From NCBI GenBank assembly GCA_017449525.1, contig JAFTFL010000008.1, positions 1,864 through 65,863 on the forward strand: 64,000 nt of DNA, given 5' to 3'. Positions 1 through 10,000 of the stretch are shown here, piece after piece; position 1 is the stretch's first letter, and every line of letters starts with the position of its first letter. The notes under the pieces were generated by a model that saw only the letters and a list, made by a program, of their open reading frames with translations, ran no database searches and was not told the origin of the DNA. The translations under genes and the position numbers were made by a program. The DNA is from Bacteroidales bacterium (GTDB lineage Bacteria; Bacteroidota; Bacteroidia; Bacteroidales; P3).

Positions 1-35
1 GCGGCAGCACGGAGCGTATGCGCCCTTCGAGGGTG

Positions 36-43
36 CAAAGGTA
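36..43 (-). promoter_or_regulatory. Bacteroidota -7 promoter box (TACCTTTG on the minus strand) firing leftward out of the window
   Basis: The plus strand reads GGTGCAAAGGTACG. The same extended box recurs at several other promoters in this window. Confidence 0.45.
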
Positions 44-170
44 CGCATTTTCCCCGACACCACGCCGTACGGGCTGCGCCCTGTGGGCTGCCCTGCGTGC
101 TGTCCCTCCGTCGGAAGCCGTTGACCGTGAGGCTTGGAACACTTTTCTGTCATAATCCGAAAAAAAGACG

Positions 171-178
171 TATCTTTG
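171..178 (+). promoter_or_regulatory. -7 promoter box TATCTTTG upstream of rnfA
   Basis: Matches TAnnTTTG and lies 77 nt upstream of the ATG at 255. Confidence 0.45.
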
Positions 179-254
179 CTCTGTCGTACGGCACAGGTCC
201 CAACCTGTGCGGCGGCGGTATATATAAGTTGAACAACAAAAAGATAGGAATGCT

Positions 255-842
255 ATGGAAATAGGTATTTTCGCGTTGGTCATAGGTGCCATTTTCGTCA
301 ACAACGTGGTGCTGTCGCAGTTCTTGGGCATCTGTCCGTTCCTCGGCGTGTCGAAAGATGTGAAGAGCTCCCTCGGCATGGGAGGTGCTGTGCTGTTCGT
401 CATGTTGCTTGCTACCCTGGTTACCTACCTGCTGTATACCTACGTGCTCGTTCCGCTCAATCTGACCTACCTCCAAACGATATCCTACATTTTGGTCATC
501 GCTGGTTTGGTGCAGATGGTGGAGATTGTGCTCAAAAAGATTGCGCCAGCGCTCTACCAGACCCTCGGCGTCTTCCTGCCCCTCATCACGACCAACTGCG
601 CTGTGCTGGGCGTTGCCATCAACGTTGTTCAGAAGCACATGAACCTCCTGCAGAGCGTCGTCTACTCCTGCGCCATTGCGGTAGGCTTCACCCTCGCTTT
701 GGTCATCATGGCTGGGCTGCGTGAGCAGATGGAACTCACCAGTGTGCCCAAGGGCATGAAGGGCGTGCCGATTGCGCTCATCACGGCTGGCATATTGGCC
801 ATGGCATTCATGGGTTTCAACGGTCTCGTTCCGCTGCCGTAA
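255..842 (+). CDS. rnfA: Rnf electron-transport complex subunit A (RnfA/RsxA family polytopic membrane protein)
   Basis: 195 aa and very hydrophobic. The motif VNNVVLSQFLGICPFLGVSKDVKSSLGMG is typical of RnfA rather than NqrE or RnfE. Confidence 0.85.
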   Translation: MEIGIFALVIGAIFVNNVVLSQFLGICPFLGVSKDVKSSLGMGGAVLFVMLLATLVTYLLYTYVLVPLNLTYLQTISYILVIAGLVQMVEIVLKKIAPALYQTLGVFLPLITTNCAVLGVAINVVQKHMNLLQSVVYSCAIAVGFTLALVIMAGLREQMELTSVPKGMKGVPIALITAGILAMAFMGFNGLVPLP

Positions 843-1041
843 CCCCTTCGGGTGAGGGCATGCCGCCCCATGCAGAGAGGTGGCGAAATCTGCCAAACCC
901 GAGGCAATGACACTCAAAACGAACAATCTAACGGCTGCACAGCAACGCACAATCATTCTCAGAACAAGTTGTGAAACATCGCGTTGCGTACGATTAAGGT
1001 TTTTTTAATCCAGAGCAGCAGCCCTTAGACTGAAATAGTTG

Positions 1042-1049
1042 TACCTTTG
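1042..1049 (+). promoter_or_regulatory. -7 promoter box TACCTTTG
   Basis: Extended GTACCTTTGCA box 50 nt upstream of the ATG at 1099. Confidence 0.6.
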
Positions 1050-1098
1050 CATCGTGAAACAATAAAATGGATAATCAACCTTTAAAAAACTTACAGAC

Positions 1099-1311
1099 AT
1101 GAAGAAAGTAATGTTTATGATGGCAGTTGCCGGTATGTTTGCCTTCGCATCGTGTGGCAACAAGACTGCAGAACCCGAAGTTGCTCCCGAGGAGACTCCC
1201 GTTGAGGCAGTAGAAGAGCAGGCTGTTGAGGCTGCTGACGACATGGTACAGGCTATCGAAGAGACCGCTGAAACCGTAGCTGAAGCTGTTAGCGAGGCTG
1301 CTGCTCAGTAA
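1099..1311 (+). CDS. Small acidic lipoprotein, function unknown
   Basis: Signal peptide with lipobox (MFAFASC), followed by a low-complexity Glu/Ala/Val-rich tail. It has its own promoter and terminator. Confidence 0.6.
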   Translation: MKKVMFMMAVAGMFAFASCGNKTAEPEVAPEETPVEAVEEQAVEAADDMVQAIEETAETVAEAVSEAAAQ

Positions 1312-1340
1312 GACCATCAGTACAGAGATGTATTAGCCGG

Positions 1341-1376
1341 AGAGGCGATGCGTTACCACGGTAGCGCATCGCCTCT
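1341..1376 (+). terminator. Hairpin terminator
   Basis: 12-bp perfect stem AGAGGCGATGCG / CGCATCGCCTCT, 30 nt after the stop at 1311. Confidence 0.6.
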
Positions 1377-1590
1377 CTACTTTGTAGCAGCGGCGGGGCG
1401 GTGTTTTCGGCACGACCCTACCGCAGCCACTGCACACCCTCCTGGTGGTCTGCCGCAGGCCGTCAGGAGGCATACTACGGGGCATCGTCGCCACGTTATA
1501 TGGTGGCTGATGCCTCGTATTGCACCGTTGCAATCCCCGACGCACCGCACCGAAACCACATCAACACCAACCACATTACCCCCTATCGCC

Positions 1591-3309
1591 ATGTCCACAT
1601 CCCTCCACCGTCCGCTCCGTGCCCTATGTTGCGCCACCTTGCTGCTCCTGGCAGCCGTGCCAGCTGTTGCCCAGAAGTACACGACCTCCAATTCCAAAGC
1701 CATCAAGCAGTACGAGAAAGGCCGTGAGGCACTATTCCAGTCGCGCGGTGCCGAAGCCGTGCGCCACTTCGAGCAGGCGCTGCAGACCGACTCAACCTTT
1801 GCCGAACCGGCCATCATGTTGGCCGAATGGTATGTGGATGCTAAGGACGAGGCGCGTGCGGCCACCTACTATCGCACCCTGCTGCGCCACCACCCCGACT
1901 TCTTCGTGCGCGCCTGGGTGGCCCTGGGCAACATCGAGTTGCGCCGAGGCAACAACGCTGAGGCCGAGCAACTCTTTGCCTCCTTCCTTGAACGGCGAGG
2001 CACCTCGCCTGCCGACCGCGCCGAGGCCGAGCACGGACGCGCCTGCGCCAAGTTCCGCGCCGATGCGGTAGCGCACCCCGTCGATTTCCGCCCCGAAAAT
2101 CTGGGACCCAACGTCAACACCGCCGCTGGCGAATACCTACCAGCGCTCACGGCCGACGGCCGCACCCTGGTGTTCACACGCCGTGTGCCGCGCCGCCCCT
2201 CCACCACAGCGCGTACACCCGAGGAGGAGGATTTCTACCAGTGCACGGCCACGCCTGACGGCTGGAGCCGCGCCGTCCGCATGAGTGAACCCCTCAACAG
2301 CAACGACAACGAGGGTGCCCAGTGTATATCGCGCGACGGCCGCCTCATGATATTCACCGCTTGCGACCGACGCGATGGTGCCGGCCGCTGCGACCTCTAC
2401 ATCTGTACGCGCCACGGCGACCGTTGGAGCCGTCCGCTCAACATGGGGCCGGCCATCAACACCTCGGCATGGGAGGCACAGCCGTCGCTCTCCGTCGACG
2501 GTCGTACACTCTACTTCGTCAGCAACCGCAAAGGGGGCTACGGCGGCATGGACATCTGGCGCAGCACTATGAGCGACGGCGGCTGGAGCCAACCCGAGAA
2601 CCTTGGCCCCACCATCAATACGGCTGGCGACGAGAGCAGCCCCTTCATCCATTTCGATGACAGCACATTCTACTTTGCTTCGACTGGTCATGTGGGCATG
2701 GGCGGCAGCGACCTCTTCGTGTCGCGCCACCAGGCCGACGGCAGCTGGTCCTCACCGCGCAACCTGGGCTACCCCATCAACACCGCCGCTGACGAATCGG
2801 GCCTCATCGTGCATCCTGATGGCCATACGGCCATCTACGCCAGCGACCGTCTCGAGGGCTACGGCAGTCAAGACCTCTACAGCTTCGAACTGCCCGTCGA
2901 AGTGCGTCCGCAGGCTGTGGCCTACCGCGAAACGCTCGACACGCTGCTGCCCACCCTCGAGGTGGGTAGTACCATCACCCTGCAGAACATCTTCTTTGCC
3001 ACTGGCAGCTACGCGCTGTTGGAGCCTTCGAAGGTGGAGCTGGACCGCTTGGCCGAGTGGCTGCTGAAGCACCCGTCGGTCAAGGTGGAGCTGGGTGGCC
3101 ATACGGACAATGTGGGGCGCGCCGAGTCCAACCTCACCCTTTCTCAGCAGCGTGCCAAGGCGGTGCGCGACTATCTGGTGCAATGTGGCGTGGAGGCTGG
3201 GCGGCTCACCTCCCGTGGCTATGGCGACACGCAGCCCGTGGCTTCGAACGACACCGAGGAGGGGCGCGCCGCCAACCGTCGCACCACCTTCACCCTGCGC
3301 GAGAAGTAG
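1591..3309 (+). CDS. OmpA-family protein with TPR region, PD40 (TolB-like) beta-propeller repeats and a C-terminal OmpA peptidoglycan-binding domain
   Basis: Start moved to the ATG at 1591, which yields a signal peptide (LLLLAAVPAVAQ). Repeated DGRTLxF motifs are present. The C-terminus reads HTDNVG...NLTLSQQRAKAV..YL...RGYGD..P...N......NRR, an OmpA_C pattern. Confidence 0.85.
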   Translation: MSTSLHRPLRALCCATLLLLAAVPAVAQKYTTSNSKAIKQYEKGREALFQSRGAEAVRHFEQALQTDSTFAEPAIMLAEWYVDAKDEARAATYYRTLLRHHPDFFVRAWVALGNIELRRGNNAEAEQLFASFLERRGTSPADRAEAEHGRACAKFRADAVAHPVDFRPENLGPNVNTAAGEYLPALTADGRTLVFTRRVPRRPSTTARTPEEEDFYQCTATPDGWSRAVRMSEPLNSNDNEGAQCISRDGRLMIFTACDRRDGAGRCDLYICTRHGDRWSRPLNMGPAINTSAWEAQPSLSVDGRTLYFVSNRKGGYGGMDIWRSTMSDGGWSQPENLGPTINTAGDESSPFIHFDDSTFYFASTGHVGMGGSDLFVSRHQADGSWSSPRNLGYPINTAADESGLIVHPDGHTAIYASDRLEGYGSQDLYSFELPVEVRPQAVAYRETLDTLLPTLEVGSTITLQNIFFATGSYALLEPSKVELDRLAEWLLKHPSVKVELGGHTDNVGRAESNLTLSQQRAKAVRDYLVQCGVEAGRLTSRGYGDTQPVASNDTEEGRAANRRTTFTLREK

Positions 3310-3363
3310 GCCCTCAGCATCTCTGCGCAACACCTATATGTCGACCAACATTTCCCTACCTAT

Positions 3364-4065
3364 ATGAAGAAGAAGATAATAGTCCTTACTGGTGCGGGCA
3401 TCAGTGCCGAGAGTGGCATCAGCACCTTCCGCGACAGCGACGGCCTGTGGGAACACTACCGAGTGGAGGATGTGGCCACCCACGAGGCCTATTTGCGCAA
3501 CCCACGCCTGGTGCTCGATTTCTATAACGAACGGCGCCGTCAGCTCTTCGCCGCCCAGCCCAACGAAGCTCACCGTCAGTTGGTACGCCTTGAGGAAGCC
3601 TACGATGTGCGCATCATCACCCAGAACATTGATGACCTGCATGAGCGTGCCGGCTCCTCGTTTGTACTGCATCTGCACGGCGAGCTGACCAAGGCACGCA
3701 GTGAGCGCGACGAGCACCTGCTCGTGGAGATAGGCAACCGTGATATACGGCTGGGCGACACCGCCCCCGACGGAGCGCAGCTGCGCCCCCACATCGTGTG
3801 GTTCGGCGAAGCAGTGCCGGCCATCGAACCCGCTATGGCCTTGTGCGAGCAGGCCGACTACTTTGTGGTGATAGGCACTTCGCTGGTAGTCTACCCCGCG
3901 GCGGGGCTGATACACTACGTGCCACGCGCGACCCCCTGCTTCCTCGTCGACCCGAAGGAGGTGGCTGTGCCGCGTCCCTGCACGGTGGTGCAGGAGCCGG
4001 CCACGGTGGGTGTGAAGCGTGTGGTAGATAGGTTGTTGGAAATAGCAGTGGAGGAGCAGGCATGA
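3364..4065 (+). CDS. cobB: NAD-dependent protein deacylase, sirtuin (CobB/Sir2 family)
   Basis: N-terminal LTGAGISAESGISTFRDSDGLWE, plus ITQNIDDLHERAG and HLHGEL. Its 233 aa is typical of a housekeeping sirtuin. Confidence 0.9.
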   Translation: MKKKIIVLTGAGISAESGISTFRDSDGLWEHYRVEDVATHEAYLRNPRLVLDFYNERRRQLFAAQPNEAHRQLVRLEEAYDVRIITQNIDDLHERAGSSFVLHLHGELTKARSERDEHLLVEIGNRDIRLGDTAPDGAQLRPHIVWFGEAVPAIEPAMALCEQADYFVVIGTSLVVYPAAGLIHYVPRATPCFLVDPKEVAVPRPCTVVQEPATVGVKRVVDRLLEIAVEEQA

Positions 4066-5258
4066 GGCGGATGATGTGCTGTAGGATGGCTGTGGTGGTG
4101 CTGGTGGTGGCATGCTGCTTCGGTGTGCAGGCGCAAGAGGTGGTGTGCGGAGCCCAGCGCACCACGTTCTACATGCCGCTGCTGCGCGGACAGCGCGTGG
4201 CCGTGGTGGCTAACGGGGGTTCGGTGCTGACCAGCCAACGGGGCAAAGTGCACCTTGTGGACACGCTGCTGCACGCCGACGTGGCACTGCGGCGCATCTT
4301 CTGCCCAGAGCATGGCTTTCGGGGCACGGCCGAGGCAGGTGCACATGTGGAGGACGGGCGCGACGCGGCCACGGGGCTGCCCATCGTGTCGCTCTACGGC
4401 AAGAACCGCAAGCCTACGGCCGAGCAACTGGCCGACATCGACGTGGTGCTATTCGACCTACAGGATGTAGGCTGCCGCTTTTACACCTATATATCTACGC
4501 TGCACTACGTCATGGAGGCATGCGCAGAGCAGGGCAAGCGCGTCATTGTGCTTGATCGCCCCAACCCGAACGGCCACTATGTGGACGGCCCTGTGCTGGA
4601 CACGTCACTGCGTAGTTTCGTAGGCATGCACCCGGTGCCCATCGTCTATGGGCTCACTGTGGGGGAGTATGCACAGATGATCAATGGAGAGCGTTGGCTG
4701 AAGGGGGCGCAGCAGTGTGCGCTGACGGTGGTGCCCCTGCTGAACTACAGCCACCGCCAGGCTTATGCACTGCCCGATGACGCGGAGCCCCCGTCGCCCA
4801 ACTTGGTAAGCAAGCGTGCCGTGTGGCTCTATCCAGGCCTCTGCCTGTTTGAGGGTACGACCGTCAGTGTGGGGCGCGGCACCGACGACCCGTTCACCGT
4901 GGTGGGCACACCTACTTCGCGCCTGCACGAGAGCCACTTCACTCCGCGCTCTTTGCCCGGACGCAGTGCGCATCCGCTCCACGAGGGCAAGCGCTGCTAT
5001 GGCCCCGACCTAAGCGGTGCCGCGCTGCCAGCGGACAGCCTCCTGCTGTGGCCACTGCTGCGGCTCTACGAGAGCACCCCTCACAAAGGTTTCTTTCTGA
5101 ACAACGGCTTCTTCGACCTGCTGGCAGGCACACGCCAATTGCGCAGACAGATAGAACAGGGCCTGAGCGAAGCCGCCATTCGCACCTCGTGGCAGGCCGA
5201 CCTGCAGCAGTACCGCGCGCGACGCAAACTCTATCTGCTCTACCCCGACTTTGACTGA
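4062..5258 (+). CDS. DUF1343 family protein (NamZ-like exo-beta-N-acetylmuramidase family)
   Basis: Signal peptide, then LLRGQRVAVVANGGS ... DVVLFDLQDVGCRFYTYISTL ... VLDRPNP, which is characteristic of DUF1343. ATGA overlap with cobB. Confidence 0.75.
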   Translation: MRRMMCCRMAVVVLVVACCFGVQAQEVVCGAQRTTFYMPLLRGQRVAVVANGGSVLTSQRGKVHLVDTLLHADVALRRIFCPEHGFRGTAEAGAHVEDGRDAATGLPIVSLYGKNRKPTAEQLADIDVVLFDLQDVGCRFYTYISTLHYVMEACAEQGKRVIVLDRPNPNGHYVDGPVLDTSLRSFVGMHPVPIVYGLTVGEYAQMINGERWLKGAQQCALTVVPLLNYSHRQAYALPDDAEPPSPNLVSKRAVWLYPGLCLFEGTTVSVGRGTDDPFTVVGTPTSRLHESHFTPRSLPGRSAHPLHEGKRCYGPDLSGAALPADSLLLWPLLRLYESTPHKGFFLNNGFFDLLAGTRQLRRQIEQGLSEAAIRTSWQADLQQYRARRKLYLLYPDFD

Positions 5259-5289
5259 GCCTTCAGCCGTCGCACCGCAGGGATCATTA

Positions 5290-5630
5290 CCCAACCTTAC
5301 CCCGACTCCCCAGTTTGGTTCGAAGGACAAGGCGTAGGCTTGTGTAGTTACTCACTTCATCCCAGGTGAGAGAATTGTGCTTATAGACCTTCAGCCCTGT
5401 ATGTTCTTTATAAGAGCTGCCACCTCGAGCCCTGTTGCGGTGGGTGTCCATTGTGCTGCTGGGCAATGTGTACCTTTGTGATTTGACGGATTGCTTCCCA
5501 TTACAGCAGTCCATAATACTCGTGTTACTTCTGTCTTGCCGATACAGTAGTCGTCGAGCTATACTTCATGTTCGGGTTCATTAGCACTCTTGTACCCCAT
5601 GGAGAATGTGCCATCAGGCACAAGCACCAT
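5290..5630 (-). pseudogene. Remnant of a formylglycine-generating-enzyme (FGE/SUMF1) family gene, truncated and interrupted
   Basis: The minus strand reads MVLVPDGTFSMGYKSANEPEHEV-TAG-LDDYCIGKTEVTRVLWTAVMGSNPSNHKG. These match the FGE-sulfatase hallmarks (VPGGTFxMG, IGKxEVT, WxxVMGxNPS). An in-frame TAG and then at least one frameshift follow. The 3' part is missing. Confidence 0.6.
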
Positions 5631-5681
5631 GCCGAGCCGTACACCGTATACCTCCAAGGTGTGTGGTTATTGGAAGGTAGT

Positions 5682-7019
5682 TTACTGGTTCTGGGGGGTA
5701 CGATTGAACGTCAAGGGTATTTCGCTCTGTTGGCCTGCGGCAATATTCACTGAGGTGCGAACGGTGTCGTAGCCTGGTAGGAGAACGGCCACGATGTGGG
5801 TGCCGACGAGGAACTGCGCAGAGAAATAGGGCGTGGTACCCACGCGTTTGCCGTCGATATAGAGGTCGGCACCCGACGGTTTTGAGGTTACGAGGAGGCT
5901 GCCATAGAGGGGCGTGGGGGCTTCGAGGGGTACGGTGATGTCGGGGCTGCCGGCTGGGATGTGCTTGGATGCCGAGGAGGGGCGGTGCCCATTCAGTTTG
6001 CATTCCACCAAGTAGGTGCCCGCCTCGAGGTTGTCTACCACACGACCTCGGCCGCGCAGCACGCCGTTAATCCATATCTCGGCGTTGTTGCCTACGGTGA
6101 AGGTTACGCGGGTGGAGTTGGTTACCAGTAGGGGGGAGAGGTCGGTGGTCTGCCCGTCGAACACGGTGAAAGTGGACTCGTAGGGCTTGTAGAGCGGCTT
6201 GATGATGCGCAGGGTGTGCTGCCCCGAGGGTATTCCTTCGGTAGTGAGGGGTGCCATGCCTTGGCGTTCGCCGTCCACGTAGACGTTGCCGCCATTCGCG
6301 GTCGTGCTGCCCACCTTCAGTGTGCCGTAGGCTGGCCGCAGCTTTATTGTTTTCTCCACTTTGTGCTTGGCGTTGTCCACCACCACCTTGCCTACCTCGG
6401 CATGGTGGTGGGGCGCCTCCACTCGGTAGTCGTAGCTACCGAAGCGCACGAATTTTTCTACTACGCCGTTGGCATCGGGTTCGAACACCGTGCCATCGAA
6501 GTGGACTAAGGCGTTGTGGGGTTGTACCTTGAAAACGACGAACTGTTGCCTGGTGGAGGGCATACGGTTGGCGAGGTTGTCATCAGTCTTGCCGCCTGCG
6601 GAGAGGCGCATGATGTAGGTGCGCGCCGACTGCAAGGGCGTGGGAAATTCGTAGTTGCGCAGCGTAAGATAATCCTTGTGGTGGATGGTCAAGCGGCGTG
6701 CTTTTGCAGGCAAGTACACCCACACTTCGCCCTCCTTCTGCACTGTCTTCCACACGCCGATGGTGCCTGCTTCGAAGTTCAGCCCCTGCAGCGTTGTCTC
6801 TACTTTGACCAAGGCGCACACCTCTCCGTTCTGGTCCAACTCTTGGGTAACGGAGGTGTTGGCGGTCTGGTCGCGCCCGTCAAGATAAAAGCGTGTAACG
6901 CTCAGTTCTTGGGCTGACAGGATGCCTGTGCATAGAAGCAACATGCAGGCAGTAGCCCATACGCGCCGCCCTCCTGCGGCGATGGATGGGCGGTGGTACA
7001 TGATGTATGGTGCTGCCAT
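5682..7019 (-). CDS. Secreted PEGA-repeat protein (paralogous N-terminal module shared with the upstream gene)
   Basis: Signal peptide. Several PEGA units, for example TSKPSGADLYIDGKRVGTTP...GTHIVAVLLPGYDT. The start lies 5 nt after the stop of the preceding gene. Confidence 0.85.
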   Translation of the reverse strand: MAAPYIMYHRPSIAAGGRRVWATACMLLLCTGILSAQELSVTRFYLDGRDQTANTSVTQELDQNGEVCALVKVETTLQGLNFEAGTIGVWKTVQKEGEVWVYLPAKARRLTIHHKDYLTLRNYEFPTPLQSARTYIMRLSAGGKTDDNLANRMPSTRQQFVVFKVQPHNALVHFDGTVFEPDANGVVEKFVRFGSYDYRVEAPHHHAEVGKVVVDNAKHKVEKTIKLRPAYGTLKVGSTTANGGNVYVDGERQGMAPLTTEGIPSGQHTLRIIKPLYKPYESTFTVFDGQTTDLSPLLVTNSTRVTFTVGNNAEIWINGVLRGRGRVVDNLEAGTYLVECKLNGHRPSSASKHIPAGSPDITVPLEAPTPLYGSLLVTSKPSGADLYIDGKRVGTTPYFSAQFLVGTHIVAVLLPGYDTVRTSVNIAAGQQSEIPLTFNRTPQNQ

Positions 7020-7024
7020 GGTGC

Positions 7025-10000
7025 TTAGTAAGAATAATAGTAGTTGTAGGAATTGGAGGTAGTGCTGGATTCGCTGTCCATTTCATCGGCCATAGCAGCG
7101 ATGCCCCAGATGGTGACCCCTATCAGACTACCAGTAAGGGCCCAGCCCAGTCCGATGCCGACGGTGGGAACGAGGTGCCCACCATAGACCATGCTACCGA
7201 GTGTGAGGTCCCACCAGGCGAATTCGCGGTTCTTGGCACCACTGAATCGGAGGCCAAAGTTGCCAGCAAAGTGGTTGCTGCCGTCGTAGGCGTGGCCAAA
7301 TCCCCCATAGAGTTGAAAGTCCAGCTTATTGCTTTCGCCCGTGAGGCGCAACACCAAATTAGCAGTCCCATTACGCATGCCGTCGCCAAAGTGAGCGGAA
7401 GCTTGGAATCCGATGTGCGCTGGGACATAGGCTACATTAAGGCCGAGCATGGGCATCTCCTTGTTGTCGTCGTACGCAATTGAGGTATTGACAAACCAGG
7501 AGGCGAAGTGTGTGCGTAGGCTCTTTGTGGCCCAGTCGCTGGAAAGGCCAGCAATGGGTAGCCATAGTGGTGCGGTGGGAATGCCCAGACCAATGCCGAC
7601 ATGAGGCATCACACCGCCCTTGAAGATGCTCATGCCCGCATTGATATCGAATAGAGCTAAGTGATCCAGCACGTCCTCTTTCCAACAGAGGCGGATGCCA
7701 AGGTCTGCACCCCAATGCGAACCAGTGTCGGTAGTGGAGGTGGTGTGCATGACAACGCCGTTGACAGTGATGTCGGTAGGGGAAGTGATTCCTAATGCGG
7801 GACCACCGTAAAGTTGGAAGTCCACGTTGGCATTTTTCCGTCCGAGGCGGAGCACAGGTCCCAGGGCACCGAAAAAGGAGGAGCCGTCTGTCAGCGCCAT
7901 GGTCGTAAGCCCTAACCTTCGAGGTACCCAGGCAAACTGGCCTCCAAACTGCCAGGCATGGGGGTCGAATGTTGGATAGCCAGCCGTAGCATTCAGGAAT
8001 AAATGTTGTTTGTTCTTGAAGTTATTGGTTCTTCTATTAGAGGTGTTGGTATTGCCGCTTGCAGTGGGTTGGGTGAACTTGATGGTTTTGGTGAACGTAT
8101 TTGTAGTCACGGTGACAGTGGCGGTGCGCGCCAATTTGCCTTGGTTGCCAGTGTAGGTGATGGAGAATCCATCGGTAGTACGTTTGACGGCGAGCCAGTT
8201 GGCATCGCTTCTTGCGGTGAATGAGTCCGAGGCATTTACGCGGAAGGTGGCTGTCCCTTCGGCCGAGGTCAGCGTCATTGTGCTGTTGACTATCTGATTG
8301 GCTACATTGTAAACAAATAGCCAGTTGGTTGGGTAGATATAGACAGAGGTGCTATATATCTTTTTGCCTTCCACCCACAATTCGATGCGGTAGGAGCCAG
8401 CGGTGTAGTTTGATTGGGTGGCGTTGCCCCACCCACTGACGACCACATTATGGTTTGGGCCAGGCTGGACGTAGATTGTGTTAGAGTAGCTGTAGCCAGC
8501 AGGAGAACTGCTGCCCACCTTCAGTGTGCCATCGGGGTTGTAAATCTTGACGTAGACAATTACCTCTTTAGAGGTGTTGCATAGGCCGTCGTAGTAGATT
8601 GTGGGTTTTATATAACGCATCTCGTTTGCTTTCAGTGGACTGCCAGCACCAGTAAGCACCTTGCCGTCCTCAGCTGTATTACGGAATTCAACCCGATTTA
8701 CTCGCATATAGCCCTGCGAGGCGTAGCGCGACTCTTCGACTTTCATAGTGATGTTGTAGGTTTGGCTGCTGCCTTCTGCCACGGTGAATGTACCGCTGTA
8801 GTCTTCATAGCCCGAGGCGGTGGCGCGCACGTTGTGCTGGCCGAGCGATAGTTGCGCGGTGCTTCCTGTGATGACCTGTCCGTCCACGTAGATGTTGGCC
8901 GAGGGCGCATTGCAGTTGAACGTTACGGTGACGGTGTTCTTCAGTTCGGCTGCCACCTCGGAAGTCTTGCCCTCCTCCACCGTTACCGTTCGTGAGAAAG
9001 TGCCATAGCCGTTGCGGCTGAGTTCCAAGCGGTGTGTGCCAATGAGTACGCGCGACAGCTGTAGCGGGGTCTCACCCACAGCGGTGCCGTCCAACTTCAC
9101 TTGAGCCATAGGGGGAGTGGAGGTGATGACCACCTTGCCATAGATTGGGGTAGGAGAGGGCAGGTCGATGGTGCGGCCATTCATGGCAGGGGAGACGGTG
9201 AGCGTCTTCTTTGCAGGGCGGTGGGCGGTGCGCTGCACCTCCACATTCAGTGCCCCGCTGGCGAAGTTGTCAGTTACGCTGCCTGTGCCCCTTCGGCTTC
9301 CATTGATGAAGATGGCATCGCCTTCGGCCGCTTTGAGGATGAGCCGCGCAAAGTCGGCTCGTAGCGTGGGGGCTACGACGGTGGTCTGCTCGTCATGCAC
9401 GGTGATGGTGGTGTCGAAGGGGGCATACAGCTCCTTGATGAGCTTTAGGTTATGTCTACCCGAGAGGATGCCGCTCAGCACTTTCGGCGCGGTGCCCTGC
9501 TGCGCGTTGTCCAGCACGATAGTAGCACCCGAACTCGAAGAGCCTTTGATTTCGATGTTGCCGAAGTTGGGCTTGAGGCGTATGTCCCTTATCACTTTGT
9601 CGTGGCTCACTGTGATTTTGCCTGCATTGGAGTGGTACATGGCGCGTTCCACTCTGTAGTCGTAGGTGCCCGGAGCCATCAGTTTGCTGGTGAATTCCCC
9701 ATTGGTGCCTATCAGGGGCTTGTTGTCAAAGGTTACGACGGCATCAGTGGGCGACACCTTAAATACTACGAACTGCCCCTGATCTTCCTCCTCAACAAAC
9801 ACATGTATAGTGGCAGAAGTGAGTTCCATAATGTAGGTGCGGGCAGACTCCAACTTAATGGGGAACTCGTAGTTGCGTAGGGTGCCAGCCTGCTGGTGCT
9901 GGATGGTGATGCGCCGTGCTCTATGCGGCAGATACACCCACACTTCGCCTGTTTTCTGCTCTGTCTTCCACACGCCGATGGTGCCTGCATCGAAGGTGAG

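Noticed and set aside
150-956. 268-aa minus-strand ORF overlapping rnfA
   Set aside because: It is an antisense shadow of a clear RnfA gene in high-GC DNA. It shows no signal or motif and has an unlikely composition rich in His, Gln and Arg.
1348-1590. N-terminal 81-codon extension of the OmpA-family ORF
   Set aside because: The extension is Arg/Pro/His/Thr-rich with no protein-like pattern, and it overlaps the upstream terminator hairpin. The ATG at 1591 gives a proper signal peptide.
3364-4065. Sir2-domain protein as a possible anti-phage (Thoeris/DSR-like) effector
   Set aside because: It is a 233-aa canonical CobB-type sirtuin with all housekeeping motifs. It has no fused sensor or effector domain and no partner gene, and it overlaps a cell-wall recycling gene.
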